The notes below the pieces were generated by a model. The model had not been told where the DNA came from. It searched no databases and saw only the letters and a program-made list of their open reading frames with translations. Positions 9,263 to 20,147 of a DNA stretch of 64,000 nucleotides are shown piece after piece. Position 1 is the first letter of the stretch. Each line of letters opens with the position of its first letter. Source of the DNA: Myxococcota bacterium (lineage in GTDB: Bacteria > Myxococcota_A > UBA9160 > UBA4427); the NCBI GenBank assembly GCA_041389495.1, contig JAWKRT010000001.1, positions 1,042,471 to 1,106,470 on the forward strand, read 5' to 3'. The position numbers and the translations under genes are program-made.

Positions 9263-10426
9263 ATGAAGTGGAGCGTCATCAAGCGCAAGCTCGCCAAGGT
9301 CGACCGCCTGCTCGACAAGGCGATCGATGCGGCGGAGATGCCCGGCGCGGTGGTCTACGCGCGCATGCACCGCGACGGCGAGCTGCTCGAGCACGTCTCG
9401 GAGCGCGGCTTCGCGGTCGTGCGGCCGGAGCGCATCGCGATGCGGCGCGAGACGGTCTTCGACGTCGCGTCGCTGACGAAGCCCGTCGCGACGGCGACGG
9501 CCATCGCGCTGCTCGCGCACGACGGGAAGCTCGGCATCGACGATCCGGTCGCGAGCGTGCTGCCGGTGTTCGCGCAGGCGGACAAGGAGGCGGTGACGTT
9601 CCGCCACCTGCTCACGCACTCGGCCGGCCTGCGCCCCTGGCGCCCCTTCCACGAGGAGCTCCGCGCGCGCGAGAAGAAGAGCTTCGATCGGCTCGTGCAG
9701 ACGCCGGCCGGCCGCGAGTGGATCGTCGACCGCGTGCTGCGCTCGAACCTCGTGCACGCGACCGGCGAGGCCGCCGTGTACGGCGACCTCGACTTCATCG
9801 TGCTCGGCGCAGCGGTCGAGGCGGCGAGCGGGCAGCGCCTCGACGCGTTCTGCCGCGAGCGCATCTTCGGCCCGCTCGGGCTCGCGAACACGTTCTTCGT
9901 GCCGCTCCCCGAGGACGGCGCGCCGATCGAGGTGCCCGACGCCGAGCGCCGACGCCATGCGGCGACCGAGAACTGCCCGTGGCGCGACCGCATCCTGTGG
10001 GGCGAGGTGCACGACCCGAACGCCTCGGCGATGGGAGGCGTGGCCGGCCACGCCGGGCTCTTCTCGACCGCCGACGACCTGATGACCTTCGCACAGGCGT
10101 GGCTCGACGTGTGGCACGGCCGCAGCGAGGTGCTCCCGCGCGAGCAGGTGCTCGCGTTCTCCGAGCGGCAGGGCATTCCGGAGGGCTCGGACTGGGCGCT
10201 CGGCTGGGACACGCCGACCGCCGGCGCGTCGTCGTCGGGCGCGCACTTCGGCCCGCGCTCGATCGGCCACCTCGGCTTCACCGGCACGTCGCTGTGGATC
10301 GACCTCGAGCAGGAGGCGATCGTCGTCCTGCTCACGAACCGCCACCACCTCGTCGAGAAGCGCAGCAAGTTCACGCTCCGCGCCGAGATCCACGACGCGG
10401 TGATGGAAGCCTTCCTTGCCGGATAG
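9263..10426 (+). CDS. serine hydrolase of the beta-lactamase/PBP4*-AmpH-like family
   Basis: S-x-x-K active-site motif (FDVASLTKPV). GHLGFTGTSLWIDL near the C-terminus. Sandwiched between ldcA and mpl. Confidence 0.75.
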   Translation: MKWSVIKRKLAKVDRLLDKAIDAAEMPGAVVYARMHRDGELLEHVSERGFAVVRPERIAMRRETVFDVASLTKPVATATAIALLAHDGKLGIDDPVASVLPVFAQADKEAVTFRHLLTHSAGLRPWRPFHEELRAREKKSFDRLVQTPAGREWIVDRVLRSNLVHATGEAAVYGDLDFIVLGAAVEAASGQRLDAFCRERIFGPLGLANTFFVPLPEDGAPIEVPDAERRRHAATENCPWRDRILWGEVHDPNASAMGGVAGHAGLFSTADDLMTFAQAWLDVWHGRSEVLPREQVLAFSERQGIPEGSDWALGWDTPTAGASSSGAHFGPRSIGHLGFTGTSLWIDLEQEAIVVLLTNRHHLVEKRSKFTLRAEIHDAVMEAFLAG

Positions 10427-11987
10427 CCCGAGCGCGCGCGGCCCGCAGCGCATCCACTTCGTCGCGATCGGCGGCACCGGGATGGGCGCGCTCGCCGGTC
10501 TGTGCAAGCGGCGCGGCCTCGCGGTCACGGGCTCGGACAAGAAGCTCTATCCGCCCATGAGCACGAAGCTCGAGGAGTGGGGCATCGAGGTCGACGAGGG
10601 CTTCGCGGCCCGTCACGTCACGAGCCGCGACCCGGACCTCGTCGTGATCGGCAACGCCGTGCGCAAGGACAACCCGGAGGCGAAGGCGACGATCCGCGCC
10701 GGCCTCCCCTACATGTCCTTCCCCGATGCGCTCTTCGCGCTCGCGATGCGCGACAAGCGGCGCATCGTCGTCGCCGGGACCCACGGCAAGACGACGACGA
10801 CGACGATGATCGCGTCGATGCTCCATCATCTCGGGCGCGACCCGTCGTTCCTGATCGGCGGAATCCCGGTCGAGTTCGGCGACAGCTTCCGCGACGGCGG
10901 GGGCGAGGACTTCGTCGTCGAGGGCGACGAGTACGACACCGCGTTCTTCGACAAGACGCCGAAGTTCCTCCACTACGAGCCCGACCTGCTCGTGATCACG
11001 TCCGTCGAGTTCGACCACGCCGACATCTACCGCGACCTCGACCACGTGAAGGAGGCGTTCCGCACGCTCGTCGCGCGCATGCCGGCCGACGGCATCGTCT
11101 TCGCCGCGACCGACCAGGAGGGCGTCGCCGACGTCGTGCGCGACGCGCCGTGCCGCGTCGTCTCGTACGGCGTCGATCGCGACGGCGCGCCGTCGCAGGC
11201 CGAGTACCGCGGCACGTCGGTGACGGTCGGGCCGCACGGCACGGGCTTCCAGCTGACGCTCCCGCGCGAGGACGGCCTCCACGCCTTCGGCGTCGGCATC
11301 CGCGCGGCGGGCCACTTCAACGCCGAGAACGCCGTCGCCGCGCTCGCGATCGCCGACGTGCTCGGGCTCCCGATGCTCGAGGCGTCGGCCGCGATGGCGA
11401 AGTACCAGGGCGTGAAGCGGCGCATGGAGGTGCGCGGCGTCGCGCGCGGCGTCGTCGTGGTCGACGACTTCGCGCACCACCCGACGGCGGTGACGGTGTC
11501 GGTCGCGGCCGCGCGCGAGCGCTTCCGCGCGCGCAAGCTCTTCGCCGTCTTCGAGCCGCGCACGAACACGAGCCGCCGCGCGCTCTTCCAGGACGCCTAC
11601 GGCCAGGCGTTCGGCCCCGCCGACTGCACCGTCGTGAAGCGCGTCGACACGGGCGACCCGATCTACAGCGCGACCGGCCGCGTCGAGGAGTTCTTCTCGG
11701 CCGACATCCTCGTCCAGCGCATCCACTCGAAGGGTCGGGAGGCGATCGCGTTCTCGACGGTGGAGGAGATCGTCGAGTTCCTGGCGCGCGAGGCGCAGGC
11801 CGGCGACGTCGTGCTGGTGATGAGCAACGGCAGCTTCGACGGCATCTTCGACAAGCTGTTCGCCGCGCTCGGCGGCCCCGACCCGGGCGGCTATCGCGAG
11901 CTCATGCTGCGCGAGGAGCGCGCGCTCGCGCGCCTGAACGCGATCTCGAGCGAGGCCTACGCGCGGCGGCGCGACTTCGGCGAGTGA
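10416..11987 (+). CDS. mpl: UDP-N-acetylmuramate:L-alanyl-gamma-D-glutamyl-meso-DAP ligase (murein peptide ligase)
   Basis: IHFVAIGGTGMGALAGLC...GSDKKLYPPMSTKLEEWGIEV...VAGTHGKTTTT...VVEGDEYDTAFFDK...FDHADI align along the whole length with remembered E. coli Mpl. TTG start overlaps the preceding gene by 11 nt. Confidence 0.85.
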   Translation: MPDSPSARGPQRIHFVAIGGTGMGALAGLCKRRGLAVTGSDKKLYPPMSTKLEEWGIEVDEGFAARHVTSRDPDLVVIGNAVRKDNPEAKATIRAGLPYMSFPDALFALAMRDKRRIVVAGTHGKTTTTTMIASMLHHLGRDPSFLIGGIPVEFGDSFRDGGGEDFVVEGDEYDTAFFDKTPKFLHYEPDLLVITSVEFDHADIYRDLDHVKEAFRTLVARMPADGIVFAATDQEGVADVVRDAPCRVVSYGVDRDGAPSQAEYRGTSVTVGPHGTGFQLTLPREDGLHAFGVGIRAAGHFNAENAVAALAIADVLGLPMLEASAAMAKYQGVKRRMEVRGVARGVVVVDDFAHHPTAVTVSVAAARERFRARKLFAVFEPRTNTSRRALFQDAYGQAFGPADCTVVKRVDTGDPIYSATGRVEEFFSADILVQRIHSKGREAIAFSTVEEIVEFLAREAQAGDVVLVMSNGSFDGIFDKLFAALGGPDPGGYRELMLREERALARLNAISSEAYARRRDFGE

Positions 11988-12012
11988 GCGCGGCGCGCGG
12001 GCGGCCCCGCGC

Positions 12013-12414
12013 TCACGCGTCCATCCAGAAGTCGACGAGCGCGGCCGGGTCGAGCGGCACCGTCCACACCTCGGCCGCGCGACCGTTCGCGACGCGCGCG
12101 AGCAGCAGGTACCCGACGTCGATGCGGCGCGAGCCGCGCTCGAGCTTCGCGCGGAACACGATCGCGACGCGTTCGCCGCTCGCGAGCACGTCGACGAGCG
12201 TCGCGTCGAAGCTCGCCGTCATCTCGCCGATGCGGACGAGGTAGCCGACCACCTCGTCGACGCCCTCGTGGTCGCCGCGCCACGGGTTGGCGCCCGTCGC
12301 GTGCCACACCACGTCGGGGGCGAGGATCTGCGCGAGCGTCTCGGTGTCGCCGCGCGACACCGCGCTCCAGGCGCGGCGCGCGAGCTCCTCGTTGGCGTTC
12401 GTCGTCTCGGACAT
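12013..12414 (-). CDS. SnoaL-like / NTF2-fold small protein
   Basis: 133 aa. The N-terminus NEELARRAWSAVSRGDTETLAQILAPDVVWH is a typical SnoaL-like polyketide-cyclase-fold opening. Assigned by pattern only. Confidence 0.5.
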   Translation of the reverse strand: MSETTNANEELARRAWSAVSRGDTETLAQILAPDVVWHATGANPWRGDHEGVDEVVGYLVRIGEMTASFDATLVDVLASGERVAIVFRAKLERGSRRIDVGYLLLARVANGRAAEVWTVPLDPAALVDFWMDA

Positions 12415-12582
12415 GGCTCCCGTCGCTCCCCTGCCGCGGCCGCGCGCATCATGCCCGAACCCGTGCGAGGCCGGGGAGCGAAAAGGATGCTAGGGAGGCG
12501 CGGCCGGGCGCGGGTGCGACGCCGCGCGCCGCGCTCCGGATGGCGGACGCGCGCCGGCGTCGCCGGAGCGCGGCTCGACGAC

Positions 12583-12620
12583 GGGCGGAGCGCGCGGCGC
12601 GGGGCGGAGCGCGCGGCGCG
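12583..12620. repeat. perfect 19-nt tandem duplication (GGGCGGAGCGCGCGGCGCG x2) just upstream of the SD of the GNAT gene
   Basis: 12583-12601 is identical to 12602-12620, followed by AGCGGAGGAGCGCG-ATG (12635). Confidence 0.85.
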
Positions 12621-12634
12621 AGCGGAGGAGCGCG

Positions 12635-13351
12635 ATGGATCGGAGCCCGCTCGCGCTCGCCGCGCTCCACTTCGCCTCGCTCTACGAGCTCGACGCGCGC
12701 GGGCGCATCGCGGCCCTCGCCCCGCCGGCAGAGGGCGCCGCCCCGCGCCTCCACGTCGTGCGCACCGCGCTCGGCACCGTCTGGCGCATGCGCTGCGACC
12801 TCCCGCCGGCGCTCGTGCGTCGTCTCTCCGCGCTCGCGGGTCGCGAGGGCCCCTGGCGCGCGGACGCGCCGCTCGAGCGCGCCGAGTTCCTGCGGCGCGC
12901 GCTCGCCGACGCGGCACCGGTCGCCGTCCGCGCCGCGGGAATCGCCTTCGCGGGTGCCGACGCCTCGATGCTAGGCGCGCCGTCCGTCGCGGCGGACGTC
13001 CGGCCGCTCGCGCCCGGCGACGCGGCGCGCGCACACGGTGGCCTCGGCGACGAGGCGGCGCACTGCGCGCCGGAGCGCGCGCCCGTCGGCGCCTTCGTCG
13101 ACGGCGCGCTCGTCGCGGTGTGCCGCTGTGCGTCGCGGAGCGCGCGCGAGCCCGCGCAGGCGCGCGTCGCGACTGCCGAGCCGTTCCGCGGGCGCGGGCT
13201 CGGCGCAGCCGTCCTCGCGGGCTGGGCGCGCGCCGTGCTCGCCGCGGGCGGCGTACCGCTCCTGCGCGCGGGGGCGGACGACCGCGCCGCGCGCGCGCTC
13301 GCCCTGCGCGCGCGCTTCGTCGCCTTCGGCGACGAGCACGCCTGGGACTAA
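12635..13351 (+). CDS. putative GNAT-family N-acetyltransferase
   Basis: The C-terminal half carries an acetyl-CoA-binding-type motif (EPFRGRGLGAAVLAGWARAVLAAG). The N-terminal half is not recognisable. Confidence 0.5.
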   Translation: MDRSPLALAALHFASLYELDARGRIAALAPPAEGAAPRLHVVRTALGTVWRMRCDLPPALVRRLSALAGREGPWRADAPLERAEFLRRALADAAPVAVRAAGIAFAGADASMLGAPSVAADVRPLAPGDAARAHGGLGDEAAHCAPERAPVGAFVDGALVAVCRCASRSAREPAQARVATAEPFRGRGLGAAVLAGWARAVLAAGGVPLLRAGADDRAARALALRARFVAFGDEHAWD

Positions 13352-14121
13352 CGAGCCTCGACCTTCGGAAGCGCGTCGCCGAGCATCGCGTCGAGCGCGT
13401 CGCGGACGACGCGCGTCCACACCGCATAGCCCGCCGCCGAGAGGTGGAGGCCGTCGAACCGGAAGAGCGTCCCCGGCGGCGGGCCGTCCTCCTCGCCCGG
13501 CGCGCGCAGCGCGAGCATCGGCGTCGCGATGTCGACGTAGGAGAGCGAGGGGTCGGCCGCCGCGAGCGCCGCGATGCGCTCGTTCGCGGCGCGCATCCGC
13601 GGCCACAGCTCCCAGCGCAGGCGCGACGGCTTGATCGCGACGAACGCGATCGGCGCGCGGCTCCCGCCGTCGCGCACGAAGGCGACGAGGCGCTCGAAGT
13701 CGGCGACCACGCGGTCCGCCGAGGCGCCCGCGCCGATGTCGTTGTCGCCGGCGTACACGACGATCGCGGAGGGGGCATAGGGCGCGACGATGCGCGGCGC
13801 GAACGCGACGACGTGGTCCATGTGCGCGCCGCCGAAGCCGCGGTTGAGCACGCGCACGGGCGCCATGTCGCGCTCGAGCGTGTCCCACATGCGGATGCTC
13901 GAGCTGCCGACGAAGAGCACGGCCCCGGGCGCGGGCATCGACGCGCGGTCGGCCGCCTCGAAGGCCTCGATCTCGTCCTCCCAGAACGACGCCTCGGCCG
14001 CGCGCGCGAAGAAGACGCGCACGGCGACGGCACCGGCCGCGGCGAGCGCGATCGCGACGCCGGCCGCGATCGCGAGCCGCCGCGGCCAGCGGCGCGCGTG
14101 CACTCCGGAGCTCGTCGCCAT
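13348..14121 (-). CDS. SGNH/GDSL-family hydrolase with N-terminal membrane anchor
   Basis: Start taken at ATG 14121 (MATSSGVHARRWPRRLAIAAGVAIALAAAG). SGNH blocks: LFVGSSSIRMW, NRGFGG, VYAGDND and DGLHLS. Confidence 0.7.
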   Translation of the reverse strand: MATSSGVHARRWPRRLAIAAGVAIALAAAGAVAVRVFFARAAEASFWEDEIEAFEAADRASMPAPGAVLFVGSSSIRMWDTLERDMAPVRVLNRGFGGAHMDHVVAFAPRIVAPYAPSAIVVYAGDNDIGAGASADRVVADFERLVAFVRDGGSRAPIAFVAIKPSRLRWELWPRMRAANERIAALAAADPSLSYVDIATPMLALRAPGEEDGPPPGTLFRFDGLHLSAAGYAVWTRVVRDALDAMLGDALPKVEAR

Positions 14122-14252
14122 CCGTGGCCTCCCGTCTTCGCGTCTTCGCGTCGTCGCGGTCGCGCCCGCCGCCGCCGCCGCCGCCGCCGCGACGCGCGCG
14201 GGCGCGCGCGAGGTCGCCGCGGCGGCGGCGCGCGTTGCTACGCTGGCGCGCC

Positions 14253-15218
14253 GTGATTCCCCGCGACTCCGCTCGCGCGTCCCGTCCGCCGCCCCCGCAC
14301 CGGCGCCGGCGGGCGACTCCAGTGCTCGCGCTCGCGCTCCTCGCGATCGCGTCGCCGCGCATCCTACACGCGGCGGGGGCAGATCCGTCGTCGCCGTCCG
14401 CCGTCCTGCGCTTCGAGCGCGACGGTGCGCTCGTGCGGGCGCTTCCGCTCGCCGCACTGCGCGCCGCGTGCCCGACCGAGCGCGTCGACGTCGACGACCC
14501 CTACTACCACCGCGCGATGTCGTTCTTCGCGCTCCCGTTCCCGTGCGTCTTCGAGGCGGGCTTCGGCGCCCCGCTCGCGTCGTCCGCGCGCGAGGACTTC
14601 TCGCTGCGCGCCCTCGACGGCTACGCCCGCCCCGTCGCGGGCGCGCAGCTCGCCGAGCCGGGCGCGTGGCTCGCGTTCGCGGACGCGTCGCTCACGCCGC
14701 GCGCCGCGCTCGACGCCGACCCGCCCGCGCTGCGCTTCGCGCCCATCACGCGGCGCGAGCTCGACCCGGCGCCCTTCTACCTCGTGTGGACCGGCGCCGA
14801 GCAGAACGACCCGCACCGCCATCCATGGCCGTTCCAGCTCGTCACGATCGACGAGGTGCCGTTCGCGCGCCGCCATCCGCACACCGTGCCGACGGGCGAG
14901 CCGCCGGGCTCGCCCGCGCAGCGCGGCTTCTCCCTCTTCCGCAGCCAGTGCATCGCCTGCCACGCGATCAACGGCGAGGGCGGCGCGGTCGGCCCCGACC
15001 TCAACGTGCCGCGGAGCATCGTCGAGTACCGGCCCGTCGCGCAGATCCGCGCCTTCATCCGCGATCCGCGCACGTTCCGCTACTCGGCGATGCCCGCGCA
15101 CCCGGGGCTCACGGACGCGGACCTCGACGCGCTCGTCGCGTACTTCCGGGCGATGAGCGCGCGCAAGCACGACCCGGGCGGCGCGGGGCGCGCCGCTCCG
15201 GACGCGGGCGGCGAGTGA
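14253..15218 (+). CDS. periplasmic protein with C-terminal mono-haem cytochrome c domain
   Basis: CIACH haem-binding motif with a downstream ...RYSAMP... (possible Met ligand). Signal-like segment TPVLALALLAIASPRILHA. The start is uncertain: GTG 14253 was chosen and the ORF is open from 14124. Confidence 0.55.
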   Translation: MIPRDSARASRPPPPHRRRRATPVLALALLAIASPRILHAAGADPSSPSAVLRFERDGALVRALPLAALRAACPTERVDVDDPYYHRAMSFFALPFPCVFEAGFGAPLASSAREDFSLRALDGYARPVAGAQLAEPGAWLAFADASLTPRAALDADPPALRFAPITRRELDPAPFYLVWTGAEQNDPHRHPWPFQLVTIDEVPFARRHPHTVPTGEPPGSPAQRGFSLFRSQCIACHAINGEGGAVGPDLNVPRSIVEYRPVAQIRAFIRDPRTFRYSAMPAHPGLTDADLDALVAYFRAMSARKHDPGGAGRAAPDAGGE

Positions 15219-15240
15219 GCCGCGTCGCGCGCGTGCGCGC

Positions 15241-17122
15241 CTAGCGAACCTCGAGACCGACGGCGCGCATGAGGTCGAGCGCGTTGCTGCGCGCGACGAC
15301 GCCCGGCCGCAGCCGGTAGTCGAACACGAGCCGCCCGTCCTCGAGCCGGTCCTCGAAGTGGACGTTGCGCACGCGCGGCGCGAGCTCGTCCGCGATCGCG
15401 GCGAGCGCGAGGTCGTGCGTCGTCACGAACCCGATCGCGCCGCTCTCGAGCAGCGTCGCGACGATCGCGCGCGCGCCGATCGCGCGGTCGTGCGAGTTGG
15501 TGCCGTGCAGGGCCTCGTCGATCAGGAACAGCGCGGGGGCGGCGTCGGGGCTTCGCGCGACGTCGACGATCCGGCGCAGGCGTTCGAGCTCCGCGTAGAA
15601 GTGCGACGTCCCGGACTGCAGCGAGTCGACCACCCGCAGCGAGGCGGCGAGCGAGAGCGGCGTGAGCGCGAGCGCGCCGGCGCGCACCGGCGCGCCCGCC
15701 TGCGCCATCGCCGCCGCGACGCCGACGGCGCGCAGCAGCGTGCTCTTGCCGGACATGTTCGAGCCGCTCACGACGGCGATCGGCTCGTCGCGCGAGAGCC
15801 GCACGTCGTTGCGGACGCAGTGCGCGGCGGCGAGCAGCGGGTGGCCGAGGTCGCGCGCGTCGAAGAGCGGCGCTTCGCTCTCGGACGCGAAGCGCGGGAA
15901 CGGGTCGCGCGGGTGCTCGTAGGCGTAGGTCGCGAGCGAGAGCAGCGCCTCGAGCTCGCCCGTCGCGTCGAGCCACGCGCGCACGCGTCCGCCGCAGCGC
16001 GCGCGCCACGCCGCGATCGCGAGCGCGATCTGCGGCCCCCACAGCAGGAGCGCGCCGATCGGCGCGAAGAGCTGGTTGCGCATCGCGTCGCGCAGCGCGA
16101 CCCAGCGGCGCAGCCGCGCGATCTCGCGCGCGGCCGAGTGCGCGTCGCTCGCGAGCGCGCGGTGGAGCGCGCGCAGCCGCGCGTCCGGGCTCGCCGCGAA
16201 CGCGGGCTCGCGTTCGAGCAGTGCGACGACGCGCTCGAGCAGGTCGAGCGAGCGCACGGCGCCGTCGAGCCCGGCGACGGCGCGCCGCGCGCGCGCGCGC
16301 GACGAGCGCGGCCGCGGCCTCGAGCGCGGCGACGCCGACGAGCGGCAGCGGGCCCGCGCCGAGCGGCCAGGCGACGAGCGCGGCGACGCCGAGCGCCGCG
16401 AGCCCGGCGAGCGCGGCGCGCAGGGCGGGGACGGGCACGGGCGCCGCGCGCTCGGCCCACGCGACGAGGCCGCCCGCGTCGAGCCGCGGCCCCACTTCGT
16501 CGCCTACGCGCGCGAGCCGCTCGCGCAGGTCGACGGCGTCGCGGAGCGCCGCGACGGCGCCCTGTCGCGCGACGACCTCGTCCGGTCGCGCGGGCGCGCA
16601 CAGCCAGCGCGCGAGCGTCGCCTCGCCGAGCGGAGTGCGCGCCGCGCACAGGAGCTCGAAGAGCGAGCCCTCGCCGAACAGGTCGAGGTCGTCGGCGAAG
16701 AGCGAGTCGCGCGGGCGGACGGCGTCGCCCGCGCTCCCCGTGCCCGCCCAGCGGTCGTCGATGCGCGCGAGTCCGCGCGCATAGTGCGCGGCCGCGCGGC
16801 TCGCCGCGTCGCGCGCGCGCAGCGCGCGGTCGTGCGCGACGACGAGCGCGGCGAATGCGACGAGCGGCGCGAGTGCGACCGCGGGCGCGAGCGTGCGCGG
16901 CCCGAACGCGAGCCACGCGCCGAGCGCGCCGGCACCGAACGTCGCGAGCCGCGCGTGCGAGAGCCAGCGGCAGCGGCGCGCGAGTGCCTCGGCGCTGCGC
17001 GTCCGCGCGCCGAGGCGCGCCGCGTACTCGGCGCGGGGCGCGCTCGACGCGTCCGCGTCGCCGTCGCTGCGGCCGCCGGCGCCGGGCTGCGACGCGGGCC
17101 CGGCCTCGCGCGTTCCGGTCAC
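15241..17122 (-). pseudogene. MutS-family (domain V ATPase) membrane-associated protein, split over two frames by an apparent frameshift at a (CG)8 run
   Basis: The C-terminal part (frame of ORF 15241-16257) has GSNMSGKSTLLRAVG...LFLIDEALHGTNSHDR...TTHDL (MutS ATPase). The N-terminal part, with hydrophobic helices and FADDLDLFGEGSLFELL, is in the frame starting at GTG 17122. The total span of 1882 nt is not a multiple of 3, and the frames switch at 16286-16301. Confidence 0.55.
16286..16301. repeat. (CG)8 dinucleotide run at the MutS-family frameshift point
   Basis: Read directly: cgcgcgcgcgcgcgcg. Adding one CG unit (or deleting 1 nt) joins the two reading frames. Confidence 0.85.
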
Positions 17123-17928
17123 CCGAGGCCCAGCACGCGCGCGCCGCGTCCGATCGGGCGTGCGGCCGCGATCGCGCGCGCGACGAACGCGCGCGCTCCC
17201 GCGACCGCGTCGCGCAGCGGCTCGCCGCGCGCGAGGCGCGCGGCGACGGCCGACGACAGCGCGCAGCCCGTTCCGTGGACGGGGCCCGCGTCGATGCGCT
17301 CGCCGGGGAGCCACTCGAGTGCGACCGTGCCGTCGTCGCCGCGGACCGCGAGCAGGTCGTCGGGCGCGCCGTCGCGATGGCCTCCCTTCACGAGCACCGC
17401 GCGCGCCCCGAGCTCGAGCGCGAAGACGCGCGCCGCCTCCTCGGCGCCCGCGCGCGTCGACGCGTCGCGCCCCGTGAGCGCGCCGGCCTCCGCGACGTTC
17501 GGCGTGACGAGCGCCGCGCGCTGCGCGATCTCGCACAAGGTCGCCCATGCGCGGCGCTCGAGCAGCGCCGTGCCGTCGCTCGCCGCGAGCACCGGGTCGA
17601 GCACGATGGGGGTGCCGGGCGCGAGCGCGTCGAGTCCGAGCAGCACGCTGCGCGCGACGTCGTCGGTCGCGAGCATTCCGATCTTCACCGCGGCCGGGGC
17701 GACGTCGCGCAGCAGCACGCGCAGCTGCTCGAGCACGACGTTCGGGAACGCGGGCAGCGAGCGGTGCACGCGCTGCGTGTCCTGGATCGTGATCGCGGTG
17801 ACGACGCCCGCGCCGTGCACGCCGTGCGCGCGGAAGACCTGGAGATCGGCCTGCAGTCCCGCGCCGCCGGTCGGGTCCGAGCCCGCGATCGAGAGCGCGG
17901 TGGGAGACGTGACGGCCGGATCGGACAT
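17119..17928 (-). CDS. thiD: hydroxymethylpyrimidine/phosphomethylpyrimidine kinase
   Basis: ALSIAGSDPTGGAGLQADLQVF...KIGML...VLDPV...VTPN..EA..L...VKGGH...GTGCALSSA is the ThiD pattern. Its TGA overlaps the GTG of the downstream MutS-family gene (GTGA). Confidence 0.85.
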   Translation of the reverse strand: MSDPAVTSPTALSIAGSDPTGGAGLQADLQVFRAHGVHGAGVVTAITIQDTQRVHRSLPAFPNVVLEQLRVLLRDVAPAAVKIGMLATDDVARSVLLGLDALAPGTPIVLDPVLAASDGTALLERRAWATLCEIAQRAALVTPNVAEAGALTGRDASTRAGAEEAARVFALELGARAVLVKGGHRDGAPDDLLAVRGDDGTVALEWLPGERIDAGPVHGTGCALSSAVAARLARGEPLRDAVAGARAFVARAIAAARPIGRGARVLGLG

Positions 17929-18114
17929 CGGCGCCGATGGTAAGATCGGCCCCCGCTCCGTGCATCCGATCCGACGGGCCCGATGGGGCGACGGGCTCGA
18001 CGCGCGCGCAGCCGAGGAGGCCAGGTGGAACCCGAGGGCGCGGCGAGCTGGCTTCCCGAGGCATGTGCGGCATGTGCGGCGTGCGCGCGACCGCCCGGGC
18101 GTGCGCGCGCGCGC

Positions 18115-18843
18115 GTGCGGCGGCTCGCGGCGGCGGTGCTCGCCGCGCTCGCGAGCGCGACGGCGGGCGCGCTGCCCGGAGCGCGCGCGGCATTCGCGGA
18201 GTCGGCGGCCTCGGCGCCCGCCGACGAGACGTGGTATGCGCAGGAGGTCGCGCGCGGCGATCACGCCTTCCTCGTCACGCACTACTGGTCGAAGGGCGAC
18301 AAGCTGCGCGCGGAGACCGTGCTCGCCGGGCGTCGCATCGTCACGATCGTGAACGGCGCCACCTACTACACGCTCGACCCGACGCGCGGCGTCGGGCTCG
18401 CGATCGAGCGCAGCGCGCTCGCGCGCGCCGGCGACGCGCGTCGCGACCGCCCGTTCGCCGACGACTTCCACGCGCTCGTGCGCGCCGGCGGCGAGCTCGT
18501 CGGCACCGAGGCGCTCGGCGGCCAGCCCGTCGAGCGCTACCGGCTCACCAACGAGTCGGGGCGCGTCGAGGTGTGGGTGACGCCGGACCGCAAGCTTCCC
18601 GTGCGCGTCGCGCGCTTCCGCCACGCGACGGCCTCGACGGACCAGAAGGACTACGTGAACTGGCTGCGCGGCGTGCCGATCGACGACCGCTTCTTCGAGC
18701 CGCCCTCGGGCATCGACGTCGAGCGCATCGGCTACGAGGACTACGTGCGCACGTCGGCGACGAAGCCGCTCGGACCGGCGCCGCCGTTCTACGGCTACCT
18801 GCTCCACGGCGAGCCCGAGGGCGACGCGGGCGGCTCGGACTGA
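18115..18843 (+). CDS. hypothetical exported protein
   Basis: Signal-like VRRLAAAVLAALASATAGALPGARAAFA. The ORF is open from 17983, and the GTG 18115 start is chosen for the signal peptide. No family recognised; possibly a LolA-like fold, but that is a guess. Confidence 0.45.
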   Translation: MRRLAAAVLAALASATAGALPGARAAFAESAASAPADETWYAQEVARGDHAFLVTHYWSKGDKLRAETVLAGRRIVTIVNGATYYTLDPTRGVGLAIERSALARAGDARRDRPFADDFHALVRAGGELVGTEALGGQPVERYRLTNESGRVEVWVTPDRKLPVRVARFRHATASTDQKDYVNWLRGVPIDDRFFEPPSGIDVERIGYEDYVRTSATKPLGPAPPFYGYLLHGEPEGDAGGSD

Positions 18844-18870
18844 GGCGCACTGCGCGCGCCCGCGCGCGGA

Positions 18871-19989
<1,119 letters not shown>

Positions 19990-20147
19990 GGGGTCTCCTG
20001 GGAAGCGCGGGGGCGGCAGTCTAGCAGCCGCGCTCGCGCGCTCTCGGCGACGGCACCGCGACGCCGCGCGCGCGGGCAGTGGCTACGCTCGCGCGCGCGG
20101 CGCGGGCGACGCGCCCCCGCGAAGCCTGGACCACGGAGACGCGAGCG

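Noticed and set aside
17929-18114. Looked for TPP riboswitches upstream of thiD and thiE (28098-28106).
   Set aside because: thiE has only a 9-nt upstream gap. The thiD upstream region shows none of the conserved CUGAGA / ACCUGAUCUGGAUAAUGCCAGCG-type elements that I could see.
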